From the IMG/VR virus record IMGVR_UViG_3300011339_000610: a DNA stretch of 64,000 nucleotides; one strand, 5' to 3'. Each line of letters opens with the position of its first letter. The stretch's first letter is position 1. This document shows, piece by piece, positions 10,234 through 19,190 of this stretch. Under the pieces are notes generated by a model. The model searched no databases and had not been told where the DNA came from. It was given only the letters and a program-made list of their open reading frames with translations. The translations under genes and the position numbers were made by a program. Source of the stretch: an uncultured virus (IMG/VR IMGVR_UViG_3300011339_000610). Taxonomy: Duplodnaviria > Heunggongvirae > Uroviricota > Caudoviricetes.

Positions 10234-11865
10234 TTATCCTTTATACTTTTTATAATCCGTTACTGTCCCGTTAGGATTTTGTTTTTTCCACTCAGGGAAA
10301 GATAGTTTTTGACCTTGCACTTTTGGTGCAGGTTTACCTGTTTGTTGTGGTGTGCTTGTTCTTGCTCCACGTCTTCCTCTAGTATTTAATTCGTTTGCTT
10401 CTTGAATTGCTTTATCAAATAAGCTATTTATAAATTCTTGATTCTTGCCTGATTGAGATGATATTACACCTGTTCTTACTACACCTGCTGGTATTAATAC
10501 ACTCTTTTGAACCACACGGTCTTGTCCATCCACCTTGCCTGTATAAGAGGCAATACCTTTTACTCTTGGCTCATAAGATGCAAGTCCTTTTTCCATTGCA
10601 GTTTTCAGAACCTTTCCATCAACCATTTGGCCTTTTTTATAATTAACACCATTAGCACCAACAAAGTCTTTAGTAGCTATTGGTACTGCGACTACATCTC
10701 CTACCTTTGTTGATTGTAACATCTTAGACTCCAATGGCATATTTGTTTCCATGTCAATAACATTTTCGCCTCTTGTATTTAAAACTTCAACCGTATTAAA
10801 TGAGTAGTTATTTCCAGTAGGAACACCCCTGTCAAATGCTTTAGTTACTTTTCTGCCTCCTGGTGTTGTTGTGCTTGCCTCTACTTGAATTGGAATAACT
10901 CCATTTGTAGGATTGCCATCTATATCTAATTTTAATTCACCTCCCCCTGCACCTAAGCTTAATTCAAACCCTCCGCCTCTTTGTGGGATATTAGACTTAA
11001 CTGTTTTTTCATTTATCTTTTCTAGCTTATCACCAATGTAAGATACTAAAGCAGCACTTTCTAATTGCTCAGGATTTGCAGTTGGATTGGCAGTTTTAAC
11101 CTTATCAACATAGGCTGCAAAACCAGCTTTGTCTTTTAAGATAATGTTTGCCTTAATCTCAGGGTCTTGTGATTTTAATAATGCAAACTCTTGAATATTT
11201 TCTTTAGGTATCTTGTAAAGTTCAAGTTGGTCTTTAGCTGTTTCGTCTACTACTTTTTGACCTGTTGGCTTAAATAACAACTCATTTTTGGTTACTACAT
11301 CTCTAAAGTCAGCTTGTAAGTCTAAATCCTTTATAGGATTAAACACGTAATCTCCGTATTCGTTTATATCAACAAGCCCTTTCAATTCAGGTTTTTGTTC
11401 GTATACCTTTTTCAAATATGCTTGGCCTTCTGCTTTAGGCATGGCAAATGCTGCCTCTATCTCAGGGGCAATATAAAAACCTTGTTTCTTTAATGATGTG
11501 AAATTGTCTAACGCTTTTGATTGTTCTGAAAGGTTGTTGAACTCCATCTCTAATTGACCTTTCTTTGCATTAACACCCATTAAATCACCTTTCATAGCAG
11601 ACTCTTGCATTGATGCTATACCTTCTGCATACTTCTTTGATGCTTCTGGTAAAAAGTGTCTATTAACTTTTGCACCTTCTAACTTTACAGCTCCCATTAT
11701 CTCTTGCAACCTCTTGGCTTTTGCCTCTGCTGCCTTTTGTTCTGCTATCTGCTTCTTTAAAGTTATGTTGCCTAGCTTGTCAACTGCCTTTGTTAATACT
11801 TGTGTAGTATCTGGTCTAAACTCACTTTGGAGTGCTAGTGCTTGTCCTAATATTGGTTCTGCCAT
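10234..11865 (-). CDS. putative virion cargo/ejection protein
   Basis: 543 aa with coiled-coil N-terminus, between the small and giant cargo genes. Confidence 0.6.
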   Translation of the reverse strand: MAEPILGQALALQSEFRPDTTQVLTKAVDKLGNITLKKQIAEQKAAEAKAKRLQEIMGAVKLEGAKVNRHFLPEASKKYAEGIASMQESAMKGDLMGVNAKKGQLEMEFNNLSEQSKALDNFTSLKKQGFYIAPEIEAAFAMPKAEGQAYLKKVYEQKPELKGLVDINEYGDYVFNPIKDLDLQADFRDVVTKNELLFKPTGQKVVDETAKDQLELYKIPKENIQEFALLKSQDPEIKANIILKDKAGFAAYVDKVKTANPTANPEQLESAALVSYIGDKLEKINEKTVKSNIPQRGGGFELSLGAGGGELKLDIDGNPTNGVIPIQVEASTTTPGGRKVTKAFDRGVPTGNNYSFNTVEVLNTRGENVIDMETNMPLESKMLQSTKVGDVVAVPIATKDFVGANGVNYKKGQMVDGKVLKTAMEKGLASYEPRVKGIASYTGKVDGQDRVVQKSVLIPAGVVRTGVISSQSGKNQEFINSLFDKAIQEANELNTRGRRGARTSTPQQTGKPAPKVQGQKLSFPEWKKQNPNGTVTDYKKYKG

Positions 11866-11867
11866 AA

Positions 11868-12722
11868 TTATTTGTAAGAAATTATATTACCCATAGCATC
11901 TCTTACAGGCAATTTCTTGACTCTGCTATCTCTATTAAAACCATAGATTGGGTTTGGTCTTCCACCAAATCCTTTTGCCGCTGCATTTTTTTGCGCTTCC
12001 ATGCTTTCTGCATCTTCCATAATACTAGCAACTTCTCTATTTGACAAATTATATTTTTTTTGTGCTGCGCCTGGTGCATTAGCCGCCATACCAAATGGGT
12101 CTTTACTATATGCTAATTCGTTACCTGCTAATCCTACACCTGCACCTAATAAGTCACTACCCATTCCTTGGATGAATTGTCTTTGTTGGTCAGCTGCTTG
12201 TCTTGATGCAGTACCTAGAGCTTGTTCTAGCTGCATTCTTCTTTGCAATGATTGTTGTGTGTTTGCTTGGTCTACACCTTGAGCTACACCTGCACCTTGC
12301 ATGAACCTGTTATAACCTAATGTTCTATTAGACCTAGCCATTCCTGCATTTTGTGCCGCAAATTGATTCTCTGCTGCTAAGTTTGCACTTCCTAATGCAC
12401 CGCCTACTGCTCTTGCTACACTGCTACCACCTAAACTAATTGCGTTTCTACGTGCTGCTTCTTGGCCAGCTGCAATCCTTTGTTGGAATTGTGCTGCTTC
12501 TGCCCCTGTGAAACCTTGTGGTTTTTGTATATCACGCAATCCCATTTGTGTATATTTTTGCACAAGTGGGTTAACTTTGAATTGGTCGTATGGTTTTTTC
12601 GCTAATTCGGCTAGTTGCCTGTTAGCTTGTTTTTCACGTTTATTAGCTTCGTAAACTCCGTATCCTTTTGTTACAAGTCCTGCCCCAGCCATTGCTAATG
12701 GGACTGCTAGTGGTAAAGCCAT
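11868..12722 (-). CDS. putative small ejection (pilot/channel) protein
   Basis: Hydrophobic N-terminus MALPLAVPLAMAGAGLV; Ala/Gly/Gln-rich, typical of podovirus ejection proteins. Confidence 0.65.
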   Translation of the reverse strand: MALPLAVPLAMAGAGLVTKGYGVYEANKREKQANRQLAELAKKPYDQFKVNPLVQKYTQMGLRDIQKPQGFTGAEAAQFQQRIAAGQEAARRNAISLGGSSVARAVGGALGSANLAAENQFAAQNAGMARSNRTLGYNRFMQGAGVAQGVDQANTQQSLQRRMQLEQALGTASRQAADQQRQFIQGMGSDLLGAGVGLAGNELAYSKDPFGMAANAPGAAQKKYNLSNREVASIMEDAESMEAQKNAAAKGFGGRPNPIYGFNRDSRVKKLPVRDAMGNIISYK

Positions 12723-12747
12723 ATTTTTATCTTAAATATTAGTTCTA

Positions 12748-12755
12748 CAAATATA
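12748..12755 (-). promoter_or_regulatory. late-class -7 promoter TATATTTG for the cargo operon
   Basis: Matches Bacteroidetes TAnnTTTG. The same octamer lies ahead of other structural operons. Confidence 0.7.
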
Positions 12756-12791
12756 GTACTTATTTATAATAAATCTAAATTGATTTGCATT

Positions 12792-12815
12792 GTATTACTA
12801 AAAGTATTACCTTTG
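12792..12815 (+). promoter_or_regulatory. promoter GTATTACCTTTG with an upstream second GTATTAC
   Basis: GTATTAC at 12792 and 12804; TAccTTTG ends at 12815. Confidence 0.75.
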
Positions 12816-12819
12816 TTGC

Positions 12820-12987
12820 ATGGAAGTTCAAAAATACACTTTTCATTATAGATACGCAGGACGTAAAGTCGTTATTACGATTGAAGCTGCATCACTAGAA
12901 GAGGCTGAGTTTGTCCTTTCTAGCACTAAAGAATTATACGTTGCATACAAAAATAACAAAGACCATGGAGAAGACAATAAAGGTTAA
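12820..12987 (+). CDS. small hypothetical protein (55 aa), probably leaderless
   Basis: MEVQKYTFHYRYAGRKVVITIEAASLEEAE...; ATG 4 nt after the -7 element. Confidence 0.65.
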   Translation: MEVQKYTFHYRYAGRKVVITIEAASLEEAEFVLSSTKELYVAYKNNKDHGEDNKG

Positions 12988-13132
12988 GAAAGAGTACAAG
13001 GGAGATATCATCCCCATTAGGATACATAAGAATAATATGTGGCTGCTTGAAAAAATAGCTGCTGAAGCGAAAGATGTTGGATTAAAAAGAAACGACTTCT
13101 TAAATGAAGTCTTGGTAAACAGGTTCTCGTAA
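12965..13132 (+). CDS. ribbon-helix-helix-like DNA-binding protein
   Basis: IIPIRI beta-strand, helix, then G(LK)RNDFLNEVL second helix. Confidence 0.55.
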   Translation: MEKTIKVKKEYKGDIIPIRIHKNNMWLLEKIAAEAKDVGLKRNDFLNEVLVNRFS

Positions 13133-13134
13133 CA

Positions 13135-13168
13135 AAAAAGCCCCAAAAATTAATTGGGGCTTCTTTTT
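13135..13168. terminator. bidirectional intrinsic terminator
   Basis: AAAAAGCCCCAA-loop-TTGGGGCTTCTTTTT between convergent genes. Confidence 0.8.
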
Positions 13169-13401
13169 TAATTAACTTTTCTAAACTGTCCTTTTCGGAG
13201 TAACAACTCAAAGTCATAGCATGGCATGTTTAATTCACTGCCTTGTTTCGTTTGGCTATCTGCGTAAACTAAGTCACATGTCCATACCTTATTCTTAGGC
13301 TCTTGATGGACTTTAGCAACCCTTACTCTGTTACCATCTGTTTTGCACTCGTACATGTCTCCTTCTTTCAAATCGCCAGTGTACTTTGTTATTGTCTTCA
13401 T
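13168..13401 (-). CDS. hypothetical protein (SH3-like)
   Basis: Likely start MKTITKYTGDLKEGD, overlapping the upstream stop. Confidence 0.6.
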   Translation of the reverse strand: MKTITKYTGDLKEGDMYECKTDGNRVRVAKVHQEPKNKVWTCDLVYADSQTKQGSELNMPCYDFELLLRKGQFRKVN

Positions 13402-13700
13402 ATTACTTTTTCGTCTTGTTCTACTTCTACTTTGTCTTCTACTTCTTGCACTTTGCGGAATCTCCATACTGCATAACCTAGTTCCTGGCTTCTGTTCAGC
13501 AATGGGATATAGAAAGGAAAGTTTATTATCTCCTCAAGCAATAAACCTGTTGCTATGCCTGAGTTCTCTAGAACCTCACGGATGGTGTACTTCTTGTCCT
13601 TCTTAATCCATATCACAGGGAAATTACACTCGTCTATCCATTCCTTTAGGTCGGGACTCTTAGTGTCGTTTATGCAAAGTACAATGTCTCCTGCTTTCAT
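13398..13700 (-). CDS. hypothetical phage protein
   Basis: MKAGDIVLCIND...RFRKV pattern common in phage SH3-like proteins. Confidence 0.7.
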   Translation of the reverse strand: MKAGDIVLCINDTKSPDLKEWIDECNFPVIWIKKDKKYTIREVLENSGIATGLLLEEIINFPFYIPLLNRSQELGYAVWRFRKVQEVEDKVEVEQDEKVI

Positions 13701-13796
13701 CTTAATATATGTGTAACTAGTTGGATGTCTTGATGTATCCCTTGGATAATCTGTGCTGCTATTAAATAGTCTGTTGCTGTTAGTGTTTGTTCCATG

Positions 13797-14228
13797 TTAT
13801 TTGTTTTTAAATTGTTCAAACCATTCTTTAGGAGTAATTACGTTATTGTGTAAGATATACAATGCATAATTTGTCATATCTTCATCACTATGCATTCTTT
13901 CTTGTTGCCATTTAGCACCTCTAATAAAATCAAATTGAGCAGTACCATTTTTATTACCTATGCTATTTCCATATTTTTCAGCAGCTTCTTCAATTGTTTC
14001 TTCTTTATTATTTATTTTTAGTTGTTCAAACCATAATTTAAGAACACCAGCTTCATTTAGGTTATCTATTGCATTTTCTGAAAAAAAATATAAATCACCT
14101 TGGTAGCTTACGATTGAAGGGTTTACATCATTTTCTTTATTTTTATTTGTTAATGCCACTGTAGATATTAACTTACGTAAATGTTTAAAGTCTGATTTTA
14201 ATAGATATGCTTGTTTTTTGTTTCCCAT
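13797..14228 (-). CDS. mosaic-family small protein (EEAA...GAKW.QE module)
   Basis: Shares blocks with 16312..16566 and 22672..23112. Confidence 0.7.
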   Translation of the reverse strand: MGNKKQAYLLKSDFKHLRKLISTVALTNKNKENDVNPSIVSYQGDLYFFSENAIDNLNEAGVLKLWFEQLKINNKEETIEEAAEKYGNSIGNKNGTAQFDFIRGAKWQQERMHSDEDMTNYALYILHNNVITPKEWFEQFKNK

Positions 14229-14232
14229 GTTG

Positions 14233-14508
14233 TTAATCGTTTAAATATTGTTCAAGTATTACTTCATTAGGGTCAGGTATCTGTACTCCAAAGATATTAC
14301 TAGCATATGCTTGCAGCTTGATGATAAACTCTTCCCACTCTGTTGTGCTTAGTTTGGTTGTGCTTTCAATTTGAAACCTTTGCTTTATCCAACTATGCAC
14401 TTCCTTATTGCTTACCGTATGGCCCAAGCCTATAAATACTTTTCTGTACACAGGAACTATTACACCGTGGTAGTATCTATTTTGTTGGCTGCTCCTTTGT
14501 TTTGACAC
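14233..14508 (-). CDS. NinB/Orf-like recombination protein
   Basis: RS..QNRYYHG...V, HSWIK, STTKLST.EW..FI..L pattern; GTG start. Confidence 0.65.
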   Translation of the reverse strand: MSKQRSSQQNRYYHGVIVPVYRKVFIGLGHTVSNKEVHSWIKQRFQIESTTKLSTTEWEEFIIKLQAYASNIFGVQIPDPNEVILEQYLND

Positions 14509-14510
14509 AG

Positions 14511-14921
14511 TTATTCTTGTTTACCTTTTTCTTTTACCCAATTCATTATTTTCTCAGCAGTAGGAAACAAGTCTTTAACATCTATCTTGCCTGCACAAAT
14601 CAATTCTACTGATGCTTTGATACTGCTTTGAGCTATGATGCTGTTTTCGTTTTTAGGTGCTGCCTTACCGAATCCTCCACCCGCAAATGGTTTTTGTGCC
14701 ATAACAGGTTTAACCACGTTCCAACTACCTCTGTCATTTGTTTTGGTTTCAAGCTCATACTCTACTTCTACACCTACAATAAACTTAGATTGCTCTTTTG
14801 TTTTTGAATTGTATAAGCCAGTATCACCATTGTTAAACTTAACTTCAAATGAGTACAATGTTCCGTATTGGCTTGTAAACTCTTTCTTAAATGTAACTAC
14901 ATCTACTTTTGCTGTTTTCAT
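14511..14921 (-). CDS. putative ssDNA-binding OB-fold protein
   Basis: Beta-rich N-terminal domain, Gly linker, C-terminal helical domain; next to the NinB-like gene. Confidence 0.45.
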   Translation of the reverse strand: MKTAKVDVVTFKKEFTSQYGTLYSFEVKFNNGDTGLYNSKTKEQSKFIVGVEVEYELETKTNDRGSWNVVKPVMAQKPFAGGGFGKAAPKNENSIIAQSSIKASVELICAGKIDVKDLFPTAEKIMNWVKEKGKQE

Positions 14922-14945
14922 AATTTTTATGTTTTTATATTTTTA

Positions 14946-15043
14946 TGTAAATTAGAGATATTCTATCTTGGACTAACCAAGCTTCTGTATTCTAAGTGAG
15001 TTTTAAGCTCAACCTCCATCTGATTTTCCCAGATTAATTTACA
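14946..15043 (-). promoter_or_regulatory. structured 5' leader of the SSB/NinB operon
   Basis: TGTAAATTA/TAATTTACA closing stem enclosing three hairpins; promoter at 15075-15086. Confidence 0.45.
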
Positions 15044-15329
15044 AAGGTTTCAATGTTTAACCTATTTCTTAATACAAATGTAATACGTTATTTTGTAATA
15101 TGCAAATTTATTTTCAGGCAACAAACATTGTTAGTGGGTATCCTCTTACTTTTTCTTTTTTTTTGCTTTCGCCATGAGATTGCTTACGCCTACGTTTATT
15201 CTAATCCAACAATCTGCGGCTTCCTCGATTGTTTACATGGTAAGGAACTAAAAGGTATGTCAAGGTCGCTAGCAATTAAAAATAAAAAAGAAAAAAGAAA
15301 CGTGTTAACACTTTAAGAAAAAAGATAAA

Positions 15330-15595
15330 AGAAAAAAGCTCCCCCCAGAAAAAAGACTATCTCGCCCCAAAAGGGGCATTTACCTGTTCCAACATACACA
15401 AGTGCATGAAGTTATCCCTTCACCTTTCGGTTGCCTGACCATGGTTTCTATCAGGCTTGTACTAAGAAATTTCACGACTTATATAAATTCATTTAAAAAA
15501 GAAACCCCCAAATACTTTTCGACAATGCAGGTCTACTTGGTAAATGAGGGTCAATAAATTTTTAGTGTTATAACGGTGCTGCATTCACCTAACTA
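15330..15595 (-). ncRNA. candidate structured RNA: kissing-loop element plus multi-hairpin domain
   Basis: Own promoter GTATTATATTTG (15602-15613), complementary loops AATGCAG/CTGCATT, G-U pairs on the minus strand. Confidence 0.55.
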
Positions 15596-15654
15596 CGAAT
15601 GCAAATATAATACTGTTTTTTAATTATGCAATACTTTTTAAAAATTATTTTCTT

Positions 15655-15735
15655 TTAGTAAAAAATAATACCCCCACACTAGGCAGGGGTACTATACCAT
15701 GAAAACAACTTAACTGAATCAACAACTAATTCACG
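15655..15735 (-). ncRNA. candidate ~80-nt sRNA
   Basis: Promoter GTATTACCTTTG (15740-15751) and terminator hairpin TACCCC...GGGGTA with T-run; no useful ORF. Confidence 0.5.
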
Positions 15736-15834
15736 ATGACAAAGGTAATACCTTTTTTATATTTAGCAAGTAAAAAAAATAATATTTGTATTTATTTATT
15801 TTTGTATTACATTTGTATCCTAAACAACAAAACT

Positions 15835-16305
15835 ATGATAGAAAACACAACTAGTGTAATGGCATTGATGCCAAGCACAAAAGACCAAATCAAATCGTTT
15901 GTACACAAAACGGTTACTGAATTAAAAGATGGATACTCTAATCCTCTTTCTTATTACATTCAACTTAAAGCAGTAGAAACTACAGTTAAAGATTTACTAG
16001 CAAACAAAGAAGTGCGTGAGATGGTCTCTACTGAAGCTAAGAAGTATGGTAAGACATTTGACTTGCAAGGAGTAAAAATTGAGTACTCAGAGAATATTAG
16101 CCCTAAGTATGACTACAGCGTGTGTGGTGATATAGCCTGGGATGACATGCAATTAGAATTAAAAGAGTTACAAGAAAAAATAAAGTTGCGTGAAACATTC
16201 TTAAAGTCTATTCCTGAGAACAGCACAATAATGGATGAGAATGGTGTACAATTATTCCCACCAACAAAAACAGCAAGTGAAGGTATTAAGGTAACACTAA
16301 AATAA
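15835..16305 (+). CDS. conserved Bacteroidetes-phage hypothetical protein
   Basis: Start moved to MIENTT, downstream of the promoter at 15804-15815; YDYSVCGD motif. Confidence 0.75.
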   Translation: MIENTTSVMALMPSTKDQIKSFVHKTVTELKDGYSNPLSYYIQLKAVETTVKDLLANKEVREMVSTEAKKYGKTFDLQGVKIEYSENISPKYDYSVCGDIAWDDMQLELKELQEKIKLRETFLKSIPENSTIMDENGVQLFPPTKTASEGIKVTLK

Positions 16306-16311
16306 AAACCC

Positions 16312-16566
16312 ATGAACAAAGAAACACTTGAAGAAGCTGCTAAACATTATCAATTAAATGATAATAAAATACATCATAATATTCAATATAGAGCTTTTAG
16401 AACTGGTGCTAAATGGATGCAAGAAAGAATGTATAGTGAGGAAGATTTAAGAGAAGCATTTAAACAATCGAGACAAGCAAAGATATTTGAAAAAAATATG
16501 CCACCTGTTTATGAAAACTTTCAACAATGGTTTGACCAATTTAAAAAGAAACAAAGTGGGGAGTAA
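16312..16566 (+). CDS. mosaic-family small protein
   Basis: KETLEEAA...GAKWMQERMYSEED...WFDQFKKK. Confidence 0.75.
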   Translation: MNKETLEEAAKHYQLNDNKIHHNIQYRAFRTGAKWMQERMYSEEDLREAFKQSRQAKIFEKNMPPVYENFQQWFDQFKKKQSGE

Positions 16567-16568
16567 TC

Positions 16569-16793
16569 GTGGATAACTACAATCAACAAGAGTTTGCAAG
16601 GAAGCTACTATATACAAGCACACTAGACCATGACCTTCAAGAAAGTATTGAAAGATGGATAGATGTCTGCGAAGATGTAGAGCTCCTTGCAAGGTTGACT
16701 GCTAAATTAAAAGATAACCAATTAGACCCAATCACATCAGGATTAAATTACACATCTAAAGATATCGGAGAACACTTAAAAAAAATATTATGA
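16569..16793 (+). CDS. hypothetical protein
   Basis: Tightly packed ORF in operon. Confidence 0.65.
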   Translation: MDNYNQQEFARKLLYTSTLDHDLQESIERWIDVCEDVELLARLTAKLKDNQLDPITSGLNYTSKDIGEHLKKIL

Positions 16794-17026
16794 TGATAAC
16801 AAACTTTGACTTACACAGATACCGCACACGCATTGGTGCAGTAGCTTCTTACAAGGAGGCAAGATTAGACCATTTACTACACGCTATAAACTCTCAAATG
16901 TTCGTAGATGAATATATTGAACAGGTAGAAGCTAGTTGGGTCTTAGATGGCTTAGAAAAAGAAGATGGGATAATACTAACAGTTGCTTGTCTTGAGTATG
17001 AAATTGCAAACGGATTAGGTTCTTAA
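16790..17026 (+). CDS. hypothetical protein
   Basis: Overlapping start/stop in operon. Confidence 0.65.
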   Translation: MMITNFDLHRYRTRIGAVASYKEARLDHLLHAINSQMFVDEYIEQVEASWVLDGLEKEDGIILTVACLEYEIANGLGS

Positions 17027-17207
17027 TAATTGAAAATATGGAATGGGATTTAGCACTAATTTTTGTGATAAGCATATTTAATTTGTTTTGCTCAGTTCTT
17101 GCATTAGCATACAATTTAATAGAAATTTCAAATAAAAATTCGGGTAAAATGTTTGCTTTGCTCATAGTTGGGCTTGCAGCATTATTTTTCTACCTTATTT
17201 CAATTTA

Positions 17208-17642
17208 ATGATATCTCGCAAAAAGAAGATATGCAAAGGCTGTGGTAAAGATGATTTTATCTTCTCAAAAGGTAGGTGCAAACAATGTGCAAGTAAAACG
17301 TACTCAAAAACACCTAAAACAAGCGATAAGACAAAAGATAGCATCAAAGCTAGCAAGATATATTACCAGGTGCAATTGGATACGAACAAGGTAAAGAATA
17401 AGGGTAAGCATATTTGCGAGGAATGCAGTAAAGAAATTAAAGAGCCAAAGGGCATGAATGTATCTCACATCATAAGTGCAGGTGCAAACAAAGCATTATA
17501 CCTTGAGCCACTTAATAGTTTTATATTGTGCGTTCCTTGCCACAATATGTGGGAGTTTGGAGATAGACAAGCAATGAATATATACCCCGAAGCAATGGAA
17601 AGAAAAGAGAAGTTAACCCTGAAGTATTATCAGGGCTTTTGA
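17208..17642 (+). CDS. NinG/Rap-like zinc-finger HNH nuclease
   Basis: CKGC...CKQC, CEEC, SHII...N..ILCVPCH. Confidence 0.7.
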   Translation: MISRKKKICKGCGKDDFIFSKGRCKQCASKTYSKTPKTSDKTKDSIKASKIYYQVQLDTNKVKNKGKHICEECSKEIKEPKGMNVSHIISAGANKALYLEPLNSFILCVPCHNMWEFGDRQAMNIYPEAMERKEKLTLKYYQGF

Positions 17643-17986
17643 TACACTTCTTTAATGTCTATATCGTACAAAGCTTTAATCAGTTTCTTTTTTAGTTTAT
17701 AGGTTGAGTCTACCATTTTAGGGGTGGACTTGCAATCTATATGCTCAACAGAACCGTCATTGTAAGTAACAAGGAAGTCTAACTTGTAAAAGCCAATCTT
17801 GCATGAGTTAACAACAATGTCGTACCTTACTTGTCTGTCCCAACTAAGTACAACGCCAGCCTTCAATTTCAAATCAAGGTTTTGTGCGTATGCCATTTCA
17901 AATCCACTATCATAAACAATCCCCTTATAAATTCTTTCGCACTTAGGCTTGATGTTGTACCTGCCTTTACTTTTCTTCCAAGCCAT
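17630..17986 (-). CDS. DUF1064-like PD-(D/E)xK nuclease
   Basis: YDSGFE...QVRY...YKLDF...IDCKS...YKLKKKL. Confidence 0.75.
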   Translation of the reverse strand: MAWKKSKGRYNIKPKCERIYKGIVYDSGFEMAYAQNLDLKLKAGVVLSWDRQVRYDIVVNSCKIGFYKLDFLVTYNDGSVEHIDCKSTPKMVDSTYKLKKKLIKALYDIDIKEVYQKP

Positions 17987-17987
17987 G

Positions 17988-19190
17988 TTATTTCTTTTTT
18001 AAGTCGAAGTAATAATCTGTGTGTTGTATCTCACCATTATGCTTAGGTATAACTTGCAATGAGAAACCACTGTAGCCGTCACCAAAGTTTCCTTGTACCC
18101 ATGCTGATGGTGGAGAGAATGCCATGAAGTTACGGTAGTCAAACTTCTTTGTTCTGTCGTATCCTATTCTGTGCAAGTCACCTTTCTCAAGATGGATGTA
18201 CTTAGTATTGATATTGTAATGGTCAATGTACTCGTTAACGAAAGCTGTAGTCTTATCATTTAGCGTGTAAGGCAGTCCTTTAAACATGTACTTGCTATCC
18301 TTGCCATGGGTAAGAATAAAGGTGTGTACGCCATATTCAAAGTGCTCCATGAACCTTTCAAGTATCGTAAACTTAACAACATCCTTTTCGTATACACGCT
18401 CAAGTATCATCTTAATTGAGATGTTGGCAATAGCACCAAACGACCCAGAGTGATTGCAATCTGTTACGTTTCTTACTTCGTAACTAGCTGCTACACCTGC
18501 ATCAATTAGTGTTTCGATTAATCTTAGCTTGCCCTTAACGTATGTTGAAAATGCTTGCTCATTAGTCATGTTCTGCTCTAAGCTGTGTCCACCTCTTGTT
18601 GTTAACCCGTTATACCCATCAAGGCTATCACCTAAATCATCAATAAGTAGCAAGTCAAATGCACCATGGCTTGCGTATTCTTTAAGCACAGATTCAATTA
18701 CTCTATCAATGTGCTCGTTGAATATTTCTTCATTGTACTCGTATCCAAATAAAGATTTATTGTTTGGGTTTGGATTTAATCCAACGTGCATATCAGACAG
18801 TGTAGCCTTAATCGCTTTTGGATTGTGAGTAGTTGCCTTCGCAGGAGTAGGGGTTTTCTTTTCAAAAGTATATCCTGTAAGTATATCTTCTAATGCTTGT
18901 GCGTAGTCAGTTTCTTTCTTTGCATTTACATTAATAGAGTAATGGTCTCCTTTGTGCCAGTAGTGCTTTACATCTTCTAGTGGAATACCAACAGCTTCGC
19001 ACTCTGCTTCTAACCCTGTGTGTGCTTTAGTAACAAGCCTTGCACGAATAGCTTTTCTTCCTGCATCTACCGTAAAGTCGTAATTGTACTTGCCGTAAAT
19101 TTGTCTTGCAGTAGCTGAATAATCATTTCCGTTTTCTTTTAGGATTTCTAAGACTTCATCCCAATGGTTGTGAATAGGATTTTTAAACAT
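17988..19190 (-). CDS. calcineurin-like metallophosphoesterase with N-terminal HTH
   Basis: SDMHVG, GDSLDG, CNH, THG and GDLH motifs. Confidence 0.75.
   Translation of the reverse strand: MFKNPIHNHWDEVLEILKENGNDYSATARQIYGKYNYDFTVDAGRKAIRARLVTKAHTGLEAECEAVGIPLEDVKHYWHKGDHYSINVNAKKETDYAQALEDILTGYTFEKKTPTPAKATTHNPKAIKATLSDMHVGLNPNPNNKSLFGYEYNEEIFNEHIDRVIESVLKEYASHGAFDLLLIDDLGDSLDGYNGLTTRGGHSLEQNMTNEQAFSTYVKGKLRLIETLIDAGVAASYEVRNVTDCNHSGSFGAIANISIKMILERVYEKDVVKFTILERFMEHFEYGVHTFILTHGKDSKYMFKGLPYTLNDKTTAFVNEYIDHYNINTKYIHLEKGDLHRIGYDRTKKFDYRNFMAFSPPSAWVQGNFGDGYSGFSLQVIPKHNGEIQHTDYYFDLKKK

Noticed and set aside
465..12282. Plus-strand ORFs opposite the cargo operon, and similar shadows opposite the late module
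   Set aside because: Antisense shadows of long genes, with Ser/Phe/Leu-rich composition and no promoters.
15053..15316. 87-aa plus-strand ORF
   Set aside because: Made largely of T- and A-runs of an inverted repeat and overlaps a minus-strand promoter.
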